A DNA stretch of 64,000 bases, taken from Phoronis australis. Its lineage: Eukaryota; Animalia; Phoronida. The translations under genes and the position numbers were made by a program. Below, in pieces: positions 49,216 to 63,194 of this stretch. Under the pieces are notes generated by a model. That model was given only the letters and a program-made list of their open reading frames with translations, was not told where the DNA came from and searched no databases. Position 1 is the first letter of the stretch. Each line of letters opens with the position of its first letter. The stretch is taken from positions 80,398 through 144,397 of the forward strand of contig NMRA01000789.1 of the NCBI GenBank assembly GCA_002633005.1, in the 5' to 3' direction.

Positions 49216-52147
49216 TATTAAATACATTATTCTGTTGCTACAGTAGAATACGCATACACATATACCTACCCTATATACCTATGAGAAAAATTCAAATCAA
49301 ATGTTTTGCACATGGCTTTATTCATAAGTAATATGTCAAGCTTCATCTACAAGCTATTCTTAAGATAGAGCTTATTTTTCTTCAGTAAGTCATATTTAGG
49401 CAAATACGCCTAATTCTGGAGACAGGCCTATGGGCCTACTACGCATAGGTGATAGGTCAAAATAGCAAAGAAAGATTTTTCACGGAAAAAGGATCTCTAT
49501 ATGGTAGCACTACCGAGCTGAATGAAGAAGATTAATCAAAACAAACTAAAATCAGCAACCTACTGATTCTGATTTCCTTGTTTCTACAACCTTTAAATAA
49601 TCTACAATCAAGTTTAACCTCAATGATGATCACTCTTGGGAGATTAAAAACTATGCTTCATAGACCACCATGCATCACTCCCATTAACGTGGTTCATCTC
49701 TTTCTTACCCGAGGCTCTACAAGGGAAAAACGTGAATTATTCAAATACGTAAATCAAAATCCCAATATCCTAAACAGAGTAATGAATAACACTAATTACA
49801 CAGAGGTTGAGGAAATTTTCTACTAACCATATGTTGACTGACTTGATTAAACACAACTATTGGCCTATTACTTGCTGCCTAAACCAATCATCTCAGATGA
49901 AACTTGCGCCGTGTCCCATGGAATCTATGACTCACACCGAACATGCAGGTTTTGCCATTACAACAATGAGTGACTCGGTGACATTAATGAAGACATGACC
50001 GTGGTCATTTTACAACCATCACTGGATTTCTGGCTGTATTGAAGAGACATTATTCAAGGCCAATATACCGTAAACGTTCGGGTTAACGCCCATGCTCAGT
50101 TAACCGCCCACCCCCTACTTTAGGTGGATTTTCGATTTAACCGCCCACTGCTCGGTTAAGCACCCCCCTGCGATTTTTGAAGATTTCCAGTTAAGCGCCC
50201 ACCTCTCGGTTAAGCGCCCATCCCCGACTTTTAAAGAATGAAGATTTAGCGCCCAGTGCTAAGGAAACGCGCGATTCCCCGACTTTTAGAAAAAGATCGA
50301 TGATCACAATGAGCGCANATCTTCGTCATCATCTTTATCGTCATCTTTTTGGTTAATTTCGCCAAGGTTCGCTCCTCGGAGCGCTTTCATTAAATACATT
50401 ATTCTATTGCTACAGTAGAATACGCACACACACATACCTACGCTATATACCTATGAGAAAAATTCAAATCAAATGTTTTGCACATGGCTTTATTCATAAG
50501 TAATATGTCAAGCTTTATCTACAAGCTATTCTTAAGATAGAGCTTATTTTTCTTCAGTAATTCATATTTAGGCAAATACGCCTAATTCTGGAGATAGGCC
50601 TATGGGCCTACTACGCATAGGTGATAGGTCAAAATAGCAAAGAAAGATTTTTCACGGAAAAAGGATCTCTGTATGGGAGCACTACCGAGCTGAATGAAGA
50701 AGATTAATCAAAACAAACTAAAATCAGCAACCTACTGATTCTGCCTTCCTTGTTTCTACAACCTTTAAATAATCTACAATCAAGTTTAACCTCAATGATA
50801 ATCACTCTTGGGAGATTAAAAACTATGCTTCATAGACCACCATGCATCACTCCCATTAACGTCGTTCATCTCTTTCTTACCCGAGGCTCTACAAGGGCAA
50901 AACGTGAATTATTCAAATACGTGAATTATTCAAATACGTAAATCAAAATCCCAATATCCTAAACAGAGTAATGAATAACACTAATTACACAGAGGTTGAG
51001 GAAATTTTCTACTAACCACATATTGACTGACTTGATTAAACACAACTATTGGCCTATTACTTGCTGCCTAAACCAATCATCTCAGATGAAACTTGCGCCG
51101 TGTCCCATGGAATCTATGACTCACACCGAAAATGCAGGTTTTGCCATTACAACAATGAGCGACTGGGTCCTCACTAGGTGACATTAATGAAGACATGACC
51201 GTGGTCATTTTACAACCATCACTGGATTTCTGGCTGTATTGAAGAGACATTATTCAAGGCCAACATACGTACCAGGGGTGTGTTACTTGAAAAGTGACTT
51301 TTAGACTCGAGTCAGAAACTTGGTCTTAGACTCAGCCAACTATTTTGGTAAAATAATTAAATCTCACTTAAGTAAACGCGCAGTCACTTAAAATATACGC
51401 AAATTAAATGAAAAAAAATTCTAAACACCATTTCTATACTGTGATACGCTCATAATTACTTGTCTAAACCTTTTCTCCGCAATCGTGAATTGGGAGCGCA
51501 AGACCAAAATTCCACTTTTAGATTAAAACTTGAAACAGAGCCCAGAGCTGGCCATTTAAGGTATAGTGCACATGTTCCTTCTCAAAAGCCCAAACATGAA
51601 ACCACCTACTTACTAAGTCAAGCCAGTAATATGATGAATACTTTCAGTCATCCAATTGAGTAAATAATNTGGTTAACCGCCCACCCCCGATTTTTTGGGT
51701 TTGCCAATTTAACCGCCCAGGGCGTTAACCCGAACGTTTACGGTACGTACCAGGGGTGTGTTACTTGAAAAGTGACTTTTAGACTCGAGTCAGAAACTTG
51801 GTCTTAGACTCAGCCAACTATTTTGGTAAAATAATTAAATCTCACTTAAGTAAACGTGCAGTCACTTAAAATATACGCAAATTAACCGAAAAAAAATTCT
51901 AAACACCATTTCTATACTGTGATACGCTCATAATTACTTGTCTAAACCTTTTCCACCCAATCGTGAATTGGGAGCGCAAGACCAAAATTCCATTTTTAGA
52001 TTAAAACTTGAAACAGAGCCCAGAGCTGGCCATTTAAGGTATAGTGCACATGTTCCTTCTCAAAAGCCCAAACATGAAACCATCTACTTACTAAGTCAAG
52101 CCAGTAATATGATGAATACTTTTAGTCATCCAATTGAGTAAATAATA
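49216..52147. repeat. Interleaved near-identical duplication (49216-50065 ~ 50389-51265; 51268-51668 ~ 51746-52147)
   Basis: Direct alignment with scattered SNPs and indels; duplicated ORFs in the track; single Ns at 50318 and 51669. Confidence 0.92.
50068..51743. mobile_element. Tc1/mariner(pogo)-type MITE ends with TA TSD
   Basis: Perfect 24-bp TIR ccgtaaacgttcgggttaacgccc (50068) / gggcgttaacccgaacgtttacgg (51720-51743), TA on both sides; subterminal ttaa.cgccca repeats. Confidence 0.85.
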
Positions 52148-52446
52148 TGCTGAAAATTAAATCAATTACTGGACTTACGAATTGAGTTGGCTACGTTGCG
52201 TCCTCATCTCGAGGACTTCGGCAGGCCATTTTATGTCGCGTGACTCATCATGTTTCTTAAACAGACAAGGGGGCCTGAGGTTTCTGTTGCCAATAATGTG
52301 GAGGGCACTAAAAAGTATCCTGCGCAAACATTGCTGTCGATCACGAGTCATGTGACATCTCAGTGGCCTGCCGAAGTTCTCGAGATGAGGACGCAACGTA
52401 GCCAACTAAATCTATAAGTCCAGTAATTGATTTAATTTTCTGCATA
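52146..52446. mobile_element. Foldback MITE / long inverted repeat (80-100 bp arms)
   Basis: 52149-52228 is the reverse complement of 52364-52443 with about 6 mismatches. Confidence 0.85.
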
Positions 52447-52465
52447 AGCCAGTAAATACTTAGAA

Positions 52466-53492
52466 TACCGTATTTGACCAAATAATCGCCATGCCCTTAT
52501 AACCACCTCCACGCTTTTTCAGACTGCTGAAAAAATCGCCAAGCCCATGAACGTGTAAAGGCGAAAAATGACTTACCTACAGTTCTAAAATTCTACAGTA
52601 ATGTCCTCAATTTATCAACAAGATCCAACAGTCCTGAAAAAATCATTGCGCACCTACGGAATTTCAAGACCACAGCCTCGCCACTGTCGGTATTTAGCCG
52701 TGCCTATACAATTTAAACTTCTGCCATGTTTCAAAGAGTACGCAATAGTTTTGCTGATGTCACGAGGAATATGTCCCACTATAACAGTCTGGCCTTTCAA
52801 AGCAGACACAGTGTACTTGTCAACAAGATTGAATCTTGCACGTAGTTTCCAATTCTTTCCCTCAACAGGATTCTAAATTTCTTTGTACACGTGAAAAACG
52901 TGACTTGAAGATTGGTACACATACAGTCTCACAAATTGGTGTTAAAAGCACATGGCCCGGAAGCGCGGGCTACATTCCAGTCAAAACAAATGTCACATGA
53001 CAACATGATTGTGTTTTACGAGGTGTTCGGCAGATTTTTCTCGTGTTGCGGGGTACCGTCTTGTACAGATTTGGACTTAATATGTTGTTAATCCCGACAC
53101 CACAGGAACTTAAAAATCTTAGAGACACTTCGGAAAAATTAAGTGAGGATTTCAGGAATATTTGTTGAGTTGAAACTGTATTTTTATTCAAGTTGCCATA
53201 TCGACGATCGCGAGGCATTGACGCATAGGTGAGTTTTCATCTTGGGATTTCAGCACTATTTTCGGTAAAATGATTGTAATTTAACAATGAAGTTTGATAG
53301 CAATACACCATAGTTTTGAAGAAAGTCTGTCACAGTTTACAGATATATTTCAGGGCATAAATTTGATGCATACTAGCTTCCGATTTCACCCGCTTTCAGA
53401 GTCCGGGTTTCATCTGTCTTAGGTTATAATAAGCGACTTCCCTGAAACAAATTTTTCTAAGTGCCCAGGCGCTTATTCGAGCAAGTATGATA
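52466..53492. mobile_element. Degenerate Tc1/mariner(pogo)-type non-autonomous element
   Basis: ta-ccgtatttgaccaaataatcgcc ... ggcgcttattcgagcaagtatga-ta; imperfect TIRs. Confidence 0.5.
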
Positions 53493-56400
53493 GATGTAAT
53501 TACTAAGTTCTAAAGTAACATTAACATTTAAGACCCAACAATAACACAGGACACCATGTACTGGGGATTCCCCTTATAACCTTTATTGATTAGTACTCTG
53601 TGTGGATTGTCAAGCATGTGAAATCCTCTAGAAGCCTGTATAGAGACTAATCCCANNNAACCCCCCCCCCCCCCCGGGAAGATGACAAATGTTACTAGTT
53701 TTAAAACGTTTTTGGTCAATTACACATATTTCAATTTGTGTTACATGCCTTTAAAATAAATTTTTATCAAATTCAAACCAATTTGAAATATTATAAATAA
53801 GGATTTACCACCTACCACTTAACAAGCAAAAATTACAACCAAAGCAATGATACCTAATTCGTAGCAGACATATAGTTTTGATATATGTAGTGTGGTCGTT
53901 TCGAGTTTTCACTCATGTTCAGCTCAATGTCCAAACCCAATAGGGCCGTTCAGGATTTCACAGCGACACTCGAATCTCACTACATTTACCCACAATGTTG
54001 TAAACATCCACCAGGCACACTTGCTGCTCGTTTTCATGGCACTGGAGTTTCAAATGTTATTTTGTTGTTGTCTGATTCTTTACAAGTTTTTCTCGGTTGC
54101 ATTACTCTATTCAATACCAACAAAGCATTTCTGCTGTGCTGTGGTCTGCAACTCCAACTTGAGAAAGGTTGATAAACTGAACATTTCTTCTCCTTCCCAA
54201 CATCATTGAGAGACACGAAAATGTGCCCGATTTTCTAAACGAGGTCGCCCGCTTTCTTATCTCCGGGACAAAGGAGAGTTCTATCGCCGTGCAATCCTGC
54301 ACGGCCCTATAGACATACGACCGAGACTTCACTGAAAACATGCTCATCTCACTGAAATTTAGCTCCCTAAAGGTACAAAGCTCACCTAATGTTACGTAAC
54401 AGTCTAAAAGTTTCAGTGCACTTTGCCTTATTCCCAACAGAAAAAACTGATACTCTCATTGTTTTATTTGACTCATCTGAAGTATTAACCTGAACTCACT
54501 GTTCAAGTAAATGTCCAGCCCCCACAACCGGACCTCTCAAAAATGTTGTTTTTAATCACCCTTAATTAGCTTAACACCCTCCGTATGATTTTTGAGTTCA
54601 CCAATGCAACTGCCCACGGTGTTAATCTGGAAAATTACCGTATTTGTTTTGCCAAACATTACTGCAATTCTTCACTGATCTCGCACACAAATGGTCGTGA
54701 TCCCATAATTCAACGGCTGATTTCCTTTTTGCAAATAATGTGAACTTTATGAAATGTTGTTTTACGACATCTACACACTGCGGACCATGATTGAGATAGA
54801 ATAAAACATCATCAATATTTACTTCTGTGAAGGAATTTAACAAAATAGAATTTCACTTGTTCGCCACATTGTGTGTTAAATAAATGAAGAATCGCTGCAA
54901 CTACCACAAAATTCACAGCAATAAACTTCAAAGTTTGTCTTCTGAACTCAACCCACACCTTCTATGGAGAAGTTCTAAGTACCTCAGATCTTATCTTCTA
55001 ATTTTGTTTGAAACCAGACAAAAAATGGTACAACAGATGGACAGTCCATCCACACCTCCATGGTGGACGTACAAAATATGCCACCATGTTCTGCAAGAAA
55101 GGTACAACTAAAGGCTGGTGTCACACAAATTTTGAATTTGATCTGTAGCAAGATGACCGGGGAGACCAAGGTAAAGTTACCTGACTGGAAACCAACTGCT
55201 TCACATTGATTCAAAAGTGTATAAATATGTAAATCTTGATAAAAAGCGATAAAACCAGAATGTCTTTAGAAACATGAAGAAAATACTAGACACGCTGAGC
55301 AAGTTTGCCTGCTGAAACAGACCCAATTCTGAGCCTACCTTCAGCGATGTATGGCAGGTACCGCTGCATTCTTCGACGGTCGGCGCACGTAAACGTATGA
55401 CTCCGCTTGAGACCAAGACGGGGAACTGACGGGTAATTATCCATGGATATCGTTAACAATTGTGACAGCAGAATACCTTGATACAACAGCTCATACAGGG
55501 ACAACAGACCTATCACCGTGGACTATCCAGCATCAACTGGAATTGATCATGATTATTGATGAACGGCTGGCTTGTAAGTAATCTTGCTATTAACGAGAAT
55601 TAACAAAGCACACCACTAACAGTATTCACTCCATTGTCGATGTCTTCAGTTGATTAGTCGTGGGTAAAGACCCGAACTCATTTCACTGGCAGGAACCACA
55701 CAGTCATAAAAACGAACTAATTACGTCTCCCATTCCGGATGTGTTAATAATATCCATTATTGGACAAGAGTTTCACAATAGCTAAAATAAAATACTCCTC
55801 TAAGTCATCGGATATGCAATTCTACCTGGCGACATTCTTCCAAAGAAAAACCTGAAGTACGCCTTGTATTATAAATAAATGCCAGTTTCAAATGACACTA
55901 CACTTGTCCAACTGGCAGAGACTAGTGCACAAGATCAACCTTAAGTGCCCGAAACAACTCCAACCAAATAGCGACAACGTACTCAAAAAGGGCTGTTGAC
56001 AGCCGACTTAGAGTCTCCCAGTAAATAAGGAAGAGTACGATGTCCGATCACAATCTTCAGCCGTAAAACAATCCAATCATGCCTTTGAGGACCAATAGTT
56101 CCCAAATGGATTCCGGGTCATAAAGAAGTGGCACTCTGGACCATGCCATCTGCAAACGTCTTGCATCAGTTATGATATTTTGCCACTTGTCAACTCTTAA
56201 CTAGTGCTTTTATCACAAGTTCAATCAGGAAACAAAACTGAATGGTGAAAGACTGAACCATGCATACACCCATCATAGACAAGTGTCTCTCAGCAAGCTG
56301 ACAAGTCTGTCAGTAAATCCAGGAAAAGAGAACTCGCCCCACAATCCAAATTAACCCCCTGAGCAAATGTAATGTTCAACCACCAATACCTGTCCATTAC

Positions 56401-59277
56401 ATTTACAAGATGATAGCACATCACAACGTGCAGTTTTCTAACCCCCACCACAATCAACAAACAAAATGGAAACACCTATCCACTTTGGTGTACAGAAATG
56501 TAACAGGAGGACAGTAGGCATCAATTTCACCAGCATAAATTCACGCCCTCATCATGTCGCCTACGGTAACACCCACTTGTACAGAGTCACAAGTATTTAG
56601 CCTGGATTCGCGGCTATTATTTCTCAACCCCTTCCCCAGTATACGATTCCACTTGACAAGTATTGATTTTCAAGTTGAAGTTAACCCAAAAACACTCAGT
56701 CAACAAAACCAGCCTTCTCTCAGTCCCTGGCTGAAGTTACTGAGTGGAGGATTATAAATGTACACTCCCATTCAGAGAAATGCTGACCATTCATAAGCTG
56801 GAGACAGTCAGCTGGCAGAGCCAGTTGTACTAGGACTATACATGTTCACTCAGGCATGTGTTGTTATCTTATCAGGACTCACTCACCTGAATCATACACA
56901 GACTAACAAAAGGCAACAATGAGAACTAATAAGCTTGCATGTCTGCATGGCTGGACCATTCATACAACCAGAACAAAAGGCTCAAAGAAATATACCCAAG
57001 ATTACAATCTTTGTTACAAACACAAAAACCTAATCTCAGAAGGCAATCAAAGGTATGTTTGCAAACAAACATTCCATATAGTATGCAGATGAAATCTCCC
57101 CACAAAATTTTTGGGTGTGTATGTAGGAATTATACCATACATGCACATACATCCAGCAATAAAGTAATCTCTATTTCTTGACCTATATTATGGTCATAAC
57201 CATGATAACTACATACAGTCAGTGCCTTCAACCAAAGTGAAATGTGATAAATGACATTCATACCTCAACTCCAAATTTCCATTGTCCCAAGTAGTCAACA
57301 TTCCTAATCACGATCATCACCCATTATTACAATGACAAGGACACTTGACCACTGTTCACTCAGTGTGGCAGACAGTCACTGAAGCCTTGCCAATAAATAC
57401 CAGAGGTCAACCAGAATGATGGGGACTGTACACCTTCTCACAGATAGTAGACCTAACATGTGTGATCAGAGTGGCAGGAATACCATAGCTTTGATAAAAT
57501 GGCAATGGTGAAACACCCCTTCCAATTAGATGGCAATAGGTAGCTCCAACTTAAAGAAATCAGTTCTAAATCCTTTAAAAGAAACTGTCATATTTTAATC
57601 CCAAGACTACATAGGTTGCATGGTGGATGTAATTATCTGTATGTTCTAATATAGATTTCCTCACTTGTCACTGCACTATCAAATATCCTTTCCAACAAAC
57701 AAGCAAGTGATCAAAGACCTGATAACATTCCATAGTTGTACAGCTAGACAGAATCAAAACAAACAGCTTGCAAAGACTGAAGAAGTCGAAAGCAATGTTT
57801 GTCTTTTCCATAAAAAATACACAGACTAATCTGATTAGCACCGCAAAGAATACAAGAAGCTTTTTCAGTGGACACAAAACTATTTTGGACAAGAGACAAC
57901 AAGGCCACTGTGTCCCTACTATCTATTGGGTGCCATGTTAACAAAGTGGCTGATAAAAACGTTTGCCAGAAGCAAAAACACCAATAATATGAACAGGTCA
58001 TATCACTGGCAAACCCCAAACTAATAACTGGCATTTTCGTGAGCACAGACCGCTTTTATGGACACACAAGAACAAGGGAAGGGTGCCTTCGTTTATCGTT
58101 GCGTCAAGGAGTTTACGGGTGAGACTGAATGCGCTTCATTATCAAGTTCAGCTTTAAAAGTAATGTGGGTGGTGAGAAAACAACTACAGCAACAACTGAC
58201 CAAGGACACAATATGGCCGACAAGTCAAATTGTCTTCGGTCGTTTTTTTTCATGAAAGATATGTAGAGCTAAATTAAATACCACAACTACGAGTTGTGGA
58301 CATTCACAATTTTAGAAGACCTTAAAAATTAAAAAAACAGACTTTAATGGCGATTATCTTTGTAAGAAATTGGTGAGCTTGAAGACGATTCTTCTTTAAC
58401 AAGAGGTGTTTGTATGATGAAAAGTTCCAAAATCATCAAAACAACTTTCTAAAATTGAATCAATGCGTTATATTCCCAGTCTACAAACACTACTTGTAAC
58501 TACAGAACGTCAGAATAAAACAAAAACGCAGTTCGGTTCGGATTCCGACGTCACAACCATTCAAAGTTTCTAAACAAAACACACCGCACTTCCTGTTAAA
58601 ACAAGTGAGCAAACCCATCCTTGCCAGATACTTTTTTCATGCTAACGTTATCACTTTTAGTACCCTATTCATAGCCTAAACCAACACAAGACCACCCCTT
58701 TCCTGTGTCGACATTCTGACAATAGAACACCTGGCCAGAAATAACAGGGCACGAAAAATGGAACACCTTTGGCTTCCGTAAGTCAACAAGTTAGGCTAAA
58801 AAGACAGTCTGTTGAGACAGAGCCATGCCTAAATTAAGAGGATAAATTGCAATAACAACGCTAAAGGAAAATTCAGAAATGTATATGAAAAGGAATTTTA
58901 TTAAAGTAAAATTCTCCAGTTTATGACAGCCTCTAAACTTTGGGACGTTGTCATTCAAGCCGAAATTGAATTTTCTTGGCATTCGTTATATTTCTCAAAT
59001 ATTGGACAAAGCGCTTAGTATCAACAAAGCCTGAAAACAGCCCTGGCAGTTCATAAAGGTGAGGAAAACAGACGCCGACGCAAGGTTTTCATGTGTCCCT
59101 ATGTTTTGAGATGAATGACCACTTGTATTTTTAATTCAGGATAGCCAATATAGCCTATTTCTAAAGTTTGGTGCAAGTCCCCATTTTGAGCAAAATAATT
59201 AATTTTCTATGTCCTAAACTGGAGAATTTTCACTGTAATGTCAATTTCTTTAATAAAAATAACTTCTCTATCTCCTA

Positions 59278-59390
59278 AGGACATTTTGCCTGGCATTACT
59301 GTTAACAAACTACATTTAGGAAAACCTCAAGGACAGTTTGCCTGGCATTACTGTTAACAAACTACATTTAGGAAAACCTCGAGGACATTT
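59278..59390. repeat. 52-bp tandem duplication
   Basis: aggaca.tttgcctggcattactgttaacaaactacatttaggaaaacctc x2. Confidence 0.9.
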
Positions 59391-59759
59391 CAAGTAATGT
59401 ATTGAGCCTATGGAAAACAGAAAAGCAACAATTTTGGCATTTATTTTTATCCAAATTTCATTAATTTTCACTCTAATGCAGTATACCGTGGTACATGATC
59501 AGACAGCTCATTTGCTGAATCATCAGGCATCTGAAAACTTTCACACATGAGCACTCACACAACAGCTTATCAATGACTGTTATACCACTAATTCCTATGG
59601 AGATGTGCCTTCTTACCCTGAGATGACAATATTCCAATGCTGTATCCACGTTTCTGCTCACAAATGCCAATAATACATGACTGGCCAAAATTCTAGCATT
59701 CTACACAAAAGATGGCTGACGGCTGACGGAACGCTTTTGCGAGCGACTGATCAACATCT

Positions 59760-59864
59760 GCCATTTGATGTGTGAATGCTCTATTACTGTCCAGCCATTT
59801 GATATGTGAATGCTCTATTACTGTCCAGCCATTTGATATGTGAATGCTCTATTACTGTCCAGCC
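59760..59864. repeat. 34-bp minisatellite x3
   Basis: Unit gccatttgatatgtgaatgctctattactgtcca. Confidence 0.9.
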
Positions 59865-61479
59865 AACAGACAACTGATGGTACAACTGCACCACCTCATA
59901 AACGTGTACCAAATGTTCTTATCTATCAACGTGTATTCAAACCTGTCACAGCACCATGTTTGAAAAGTTTGACATCGTGTCAGGAAACCTTGAGCCATGT
60001 TCAAAATCTTGAGACAAGTTAAAAATCTTAAGTTATATTTGAAAAGCCCGATTATTTTTCTGCTTCATAAGACAAATGATCGAAATTCTGTTGCACAATG
60101 GTACTTATTATTTAGCAATAACAATGACACACATCAACATGTGTAACCTATATTGGTTTGTTGTGAATCAACAAGAAGGAAGATTAGGATGCAAGAAGTC
60201 AAACAATGGCGTGCAACTTGAACCATGCAGAACCCAGTGTACAAACATAAGGCAGCTACAGCGCACACTGATGGAAAATACTTAAGTAGAACTGTCAAAA
60301 ATGTCAAAACAAGGGAGAGGCTGTTTTGAACATGACAGTGTTTATATGTGACAGAAGGTGGCAGCACTAGCTGACACGTGGAGCACAAGGGTGAAGCTTG
60401 CCATTGACACGAATCACTATAAAACTCATGAACCATGGGATGTAAAAGCTATTACCAGTAACTGCTTAACAGCTGATTCACACTTAAAATCAAGAACCGC
60501 AAACCACTGAGGTTAGAAGACCCACTTCCAGGTACATAAAATCCCTGTTCACTAGCATATGCAATGAAAACCCTGCAGCTTAAATGGCTCAATAAAAACC
60601 AAAGAGAAACAGATTGCACACACACAACCTTGAATGAATTAGCCTAAACTAGGGCCATATAAAAATATTGGCTAGTCTTAATAGGAATCACATGACCACA
60701 GATCTGTAAGTAGCAGTTGGGAGTTCTCACAGGGGTCAGGGATCAAATAGACATGAATTACACAAGTCATGGGAATAGTTTAAATACAAGTGGTGGATAT
60801 ACTACCAAAGCACCATCACCAAGCTAAACTATATCAAAGACATGCGCAGAAATACTCCCTATCGGTAACCACTAAGTGTTGATTTTGGGCAGCAAAGGTA
60901 TCGAAAGAGAGTCCCCTCTCTCTCCCAAATCACTGCGACTTAAAATATTTTTACACAGGGAAATGAGGCACTAGTATTGTGATCCAGAGCTGAGGTGGTG
61001 AGGGCTTTGACATGACGTGTTTCTGACATTAAAAACTGCAAAAAAGGGTCCTCTGGGTTTCCAAAAGTTTGCAGCTTATGCTATGCAGTGTTCTTTAGAC
61101 CCACTCAGATGCACAAGATAAAGAAATGTTTAATATCTCCTGGCAAAGGATGCCCTGTTAACCAGACACATTCATCACCATTCTAGCATTCAATGTGTAA
61201 GCAATGCAGCTATCCAGCTGAGCTTTCACTTGAATGTCAACCTAATGGTCAAATTAAAGAGAGGTGAGCTCTTGAGAACATAAACATGTACTCCTGCAGT
61301 TGGGAGTGTTGATGGGGAAAGAATGAGCTACTGCTTGTCAGATTAAGTGGAAGAAATAAAGATTTAACAAGTTCACCATGTAAAACAAGGAAGAACAATT
61401 TGAGATATAGAGCACCACTGTGCCAAAATATATATCAGTCACGCATAGTTAGTTACCAACATTCCAAAATGAAATAGAG

Positions 61480-63016
61480 GGACATCTGGATCTAGGTGGC
61501 ACCAAAAGAGTAAATATAAGACGATGACGTTTGTGTCAGTCGCCTGTGCAGTGGAACAGGGAACAAGAGCAACGCAAGGCGTTGAAATGCGACCACGAAT
61601 GCATTGCAAATGGTGTGCTTATAGCGTTATTTATTTGTATCGTAAAAATGGCCACTAGATGGCGCAAAAACATACAATCCATCCAAAAACAGGAACATGC
61701 CATATTTCACAAAAATCTGTCAAGGAACTTCAGAGAAACAAAGAAAAAATAATAAAATGAAATTGCCACTAGTAGGCACAGTGTCTGTTGGATCTGCCTG
61801 AAAGTCGTCATCTGTTATCTTCATAAAAGTACACTTACTAAACTAGTAAATATCCTGCAGTGGGTTTAGGAGATACAACTATGGGTGCAAAACAAAACTA
61901 CCACTAGGAGGCGCCACAGTAGTCAGTCACCATCATCAAAGGTCGTCTTCACACTGAGAACATATATATTTAATATTTATGGTTGATACAGGTGTGGAAG
62001 CCAAAAACAAGATTTGAAAACAGCAAAAATGGCCACTAGGTGGTGCAAAATACCCCGATTCCATCCAAAAACAGAAAGATAGTCATCACACCAATAGATG
62101 CCTATATTTAAAATTTTATGAAAATCTATTTAGGACCTTTGAAGATACAGAGTTAAACGTAAAAAAACTAAAATTGCCACTAGTAGTCAGATCTGTCCAA
62201 AAGTCGTCGTCATCCGTAGTCAACATCATATAAATACACTAGCTAAATTAAGTAAAGATCCTGCAACCAGTTTAGGAGATACAGCCATAGGCGCAAAAAA
62301 ATACAACCAGGAGGCGCCACAGTAGTTGAAATTGTCGGAAAATCATCGTCAACCATCCTCCTTATAGTAGACACATACACGCCAATTTTCACACTCATCC
62401 TTTGAGCGGTTTGGTTGATAGAGGGATGGACCAAAAAACAGACTCGAATACAGTAAAAATGGCCACTAAGTGGCACAAACTACGACCAATCCATCCAAAA
62501 ACGGGTGGACAGCGTCATCTCACTAATAGGTGCCTACATACCGAAGTTCATGAAAATCCATTAAGGACTTTTGCAAATACAGAGGTAAACGTAAAAAAAA
62601 TTGCCACTAGGGGGCCCACCAGTAGTCAGATCCGTCCAAAAGTCGTTGTCATCAGTTGCTAACATCATATAAATATACTTACTAAATTTCGTAAAGATCC
62701 TGCGAACGGTTTAGGAGATACAGTAATAGGCGCAAAAAAAACTGCCACTAGGAGGCGCCACAGTAGTCAAAATCGTCGGAAAATCATAGTCAACCGTCCC
62801 CTTCATAGTAAGCACATACATGCCAATTTTCACAATCATCCTTTGAGCAGTTTGGATGATAGAGGAGTGGACGCAAAAAAAACGACTCGAAAACAGTAAA
62901 AATGGCCATTAGGTGGCACAAACTTCGTCGAATCCATCCGAAAACGGAAGAATAGCGTCATCTCACTTAATAGGTGCCTACATACCAAATTTCATGAAAA
63001 TATGTTAAGGACTTTT
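61480..63016 (+). repeat. Degenerate higher-order tandem repeat (units of about 380-440 bp, each with three subunits) carrying CCACTAGGTGGCGC-like motifs
   Basis: aaaatggccactag recurs near 61645, 62026, 62456 and 62898; ggtttaggagataca and aaagtcgt also recur. Confidence 0.85.
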
Positions 63017-63194
63017 AAATAACATACCCACATACAGTGCCCTCTCTCCTCCACAAATAACATGCCCACATACAATGCCCTCTCTCCTGCACAAATAACA
63101 TGCCCACATACAGTGCCCTCTCTCCTCCACAAATAACATGCCCACATACACAACTCCCTCAAGTCATCAGACAGCAACTCCATGAGCGGACACT
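63017..63194 (+). repeat. Second copy of the 38-bp minisatellite plus its unique 3' flank
   Basis: caactccctcaagtcatcagacagcaactccatgagcggacact is identical to 22304-22347. Confidence 0.93.

Noticed and set aside
49578-52141. Paired paralogous short ORFs as a small gene family
   Set aside because: They only reflect the local duplication; no coding signal, and one copy is truncated by an indel.
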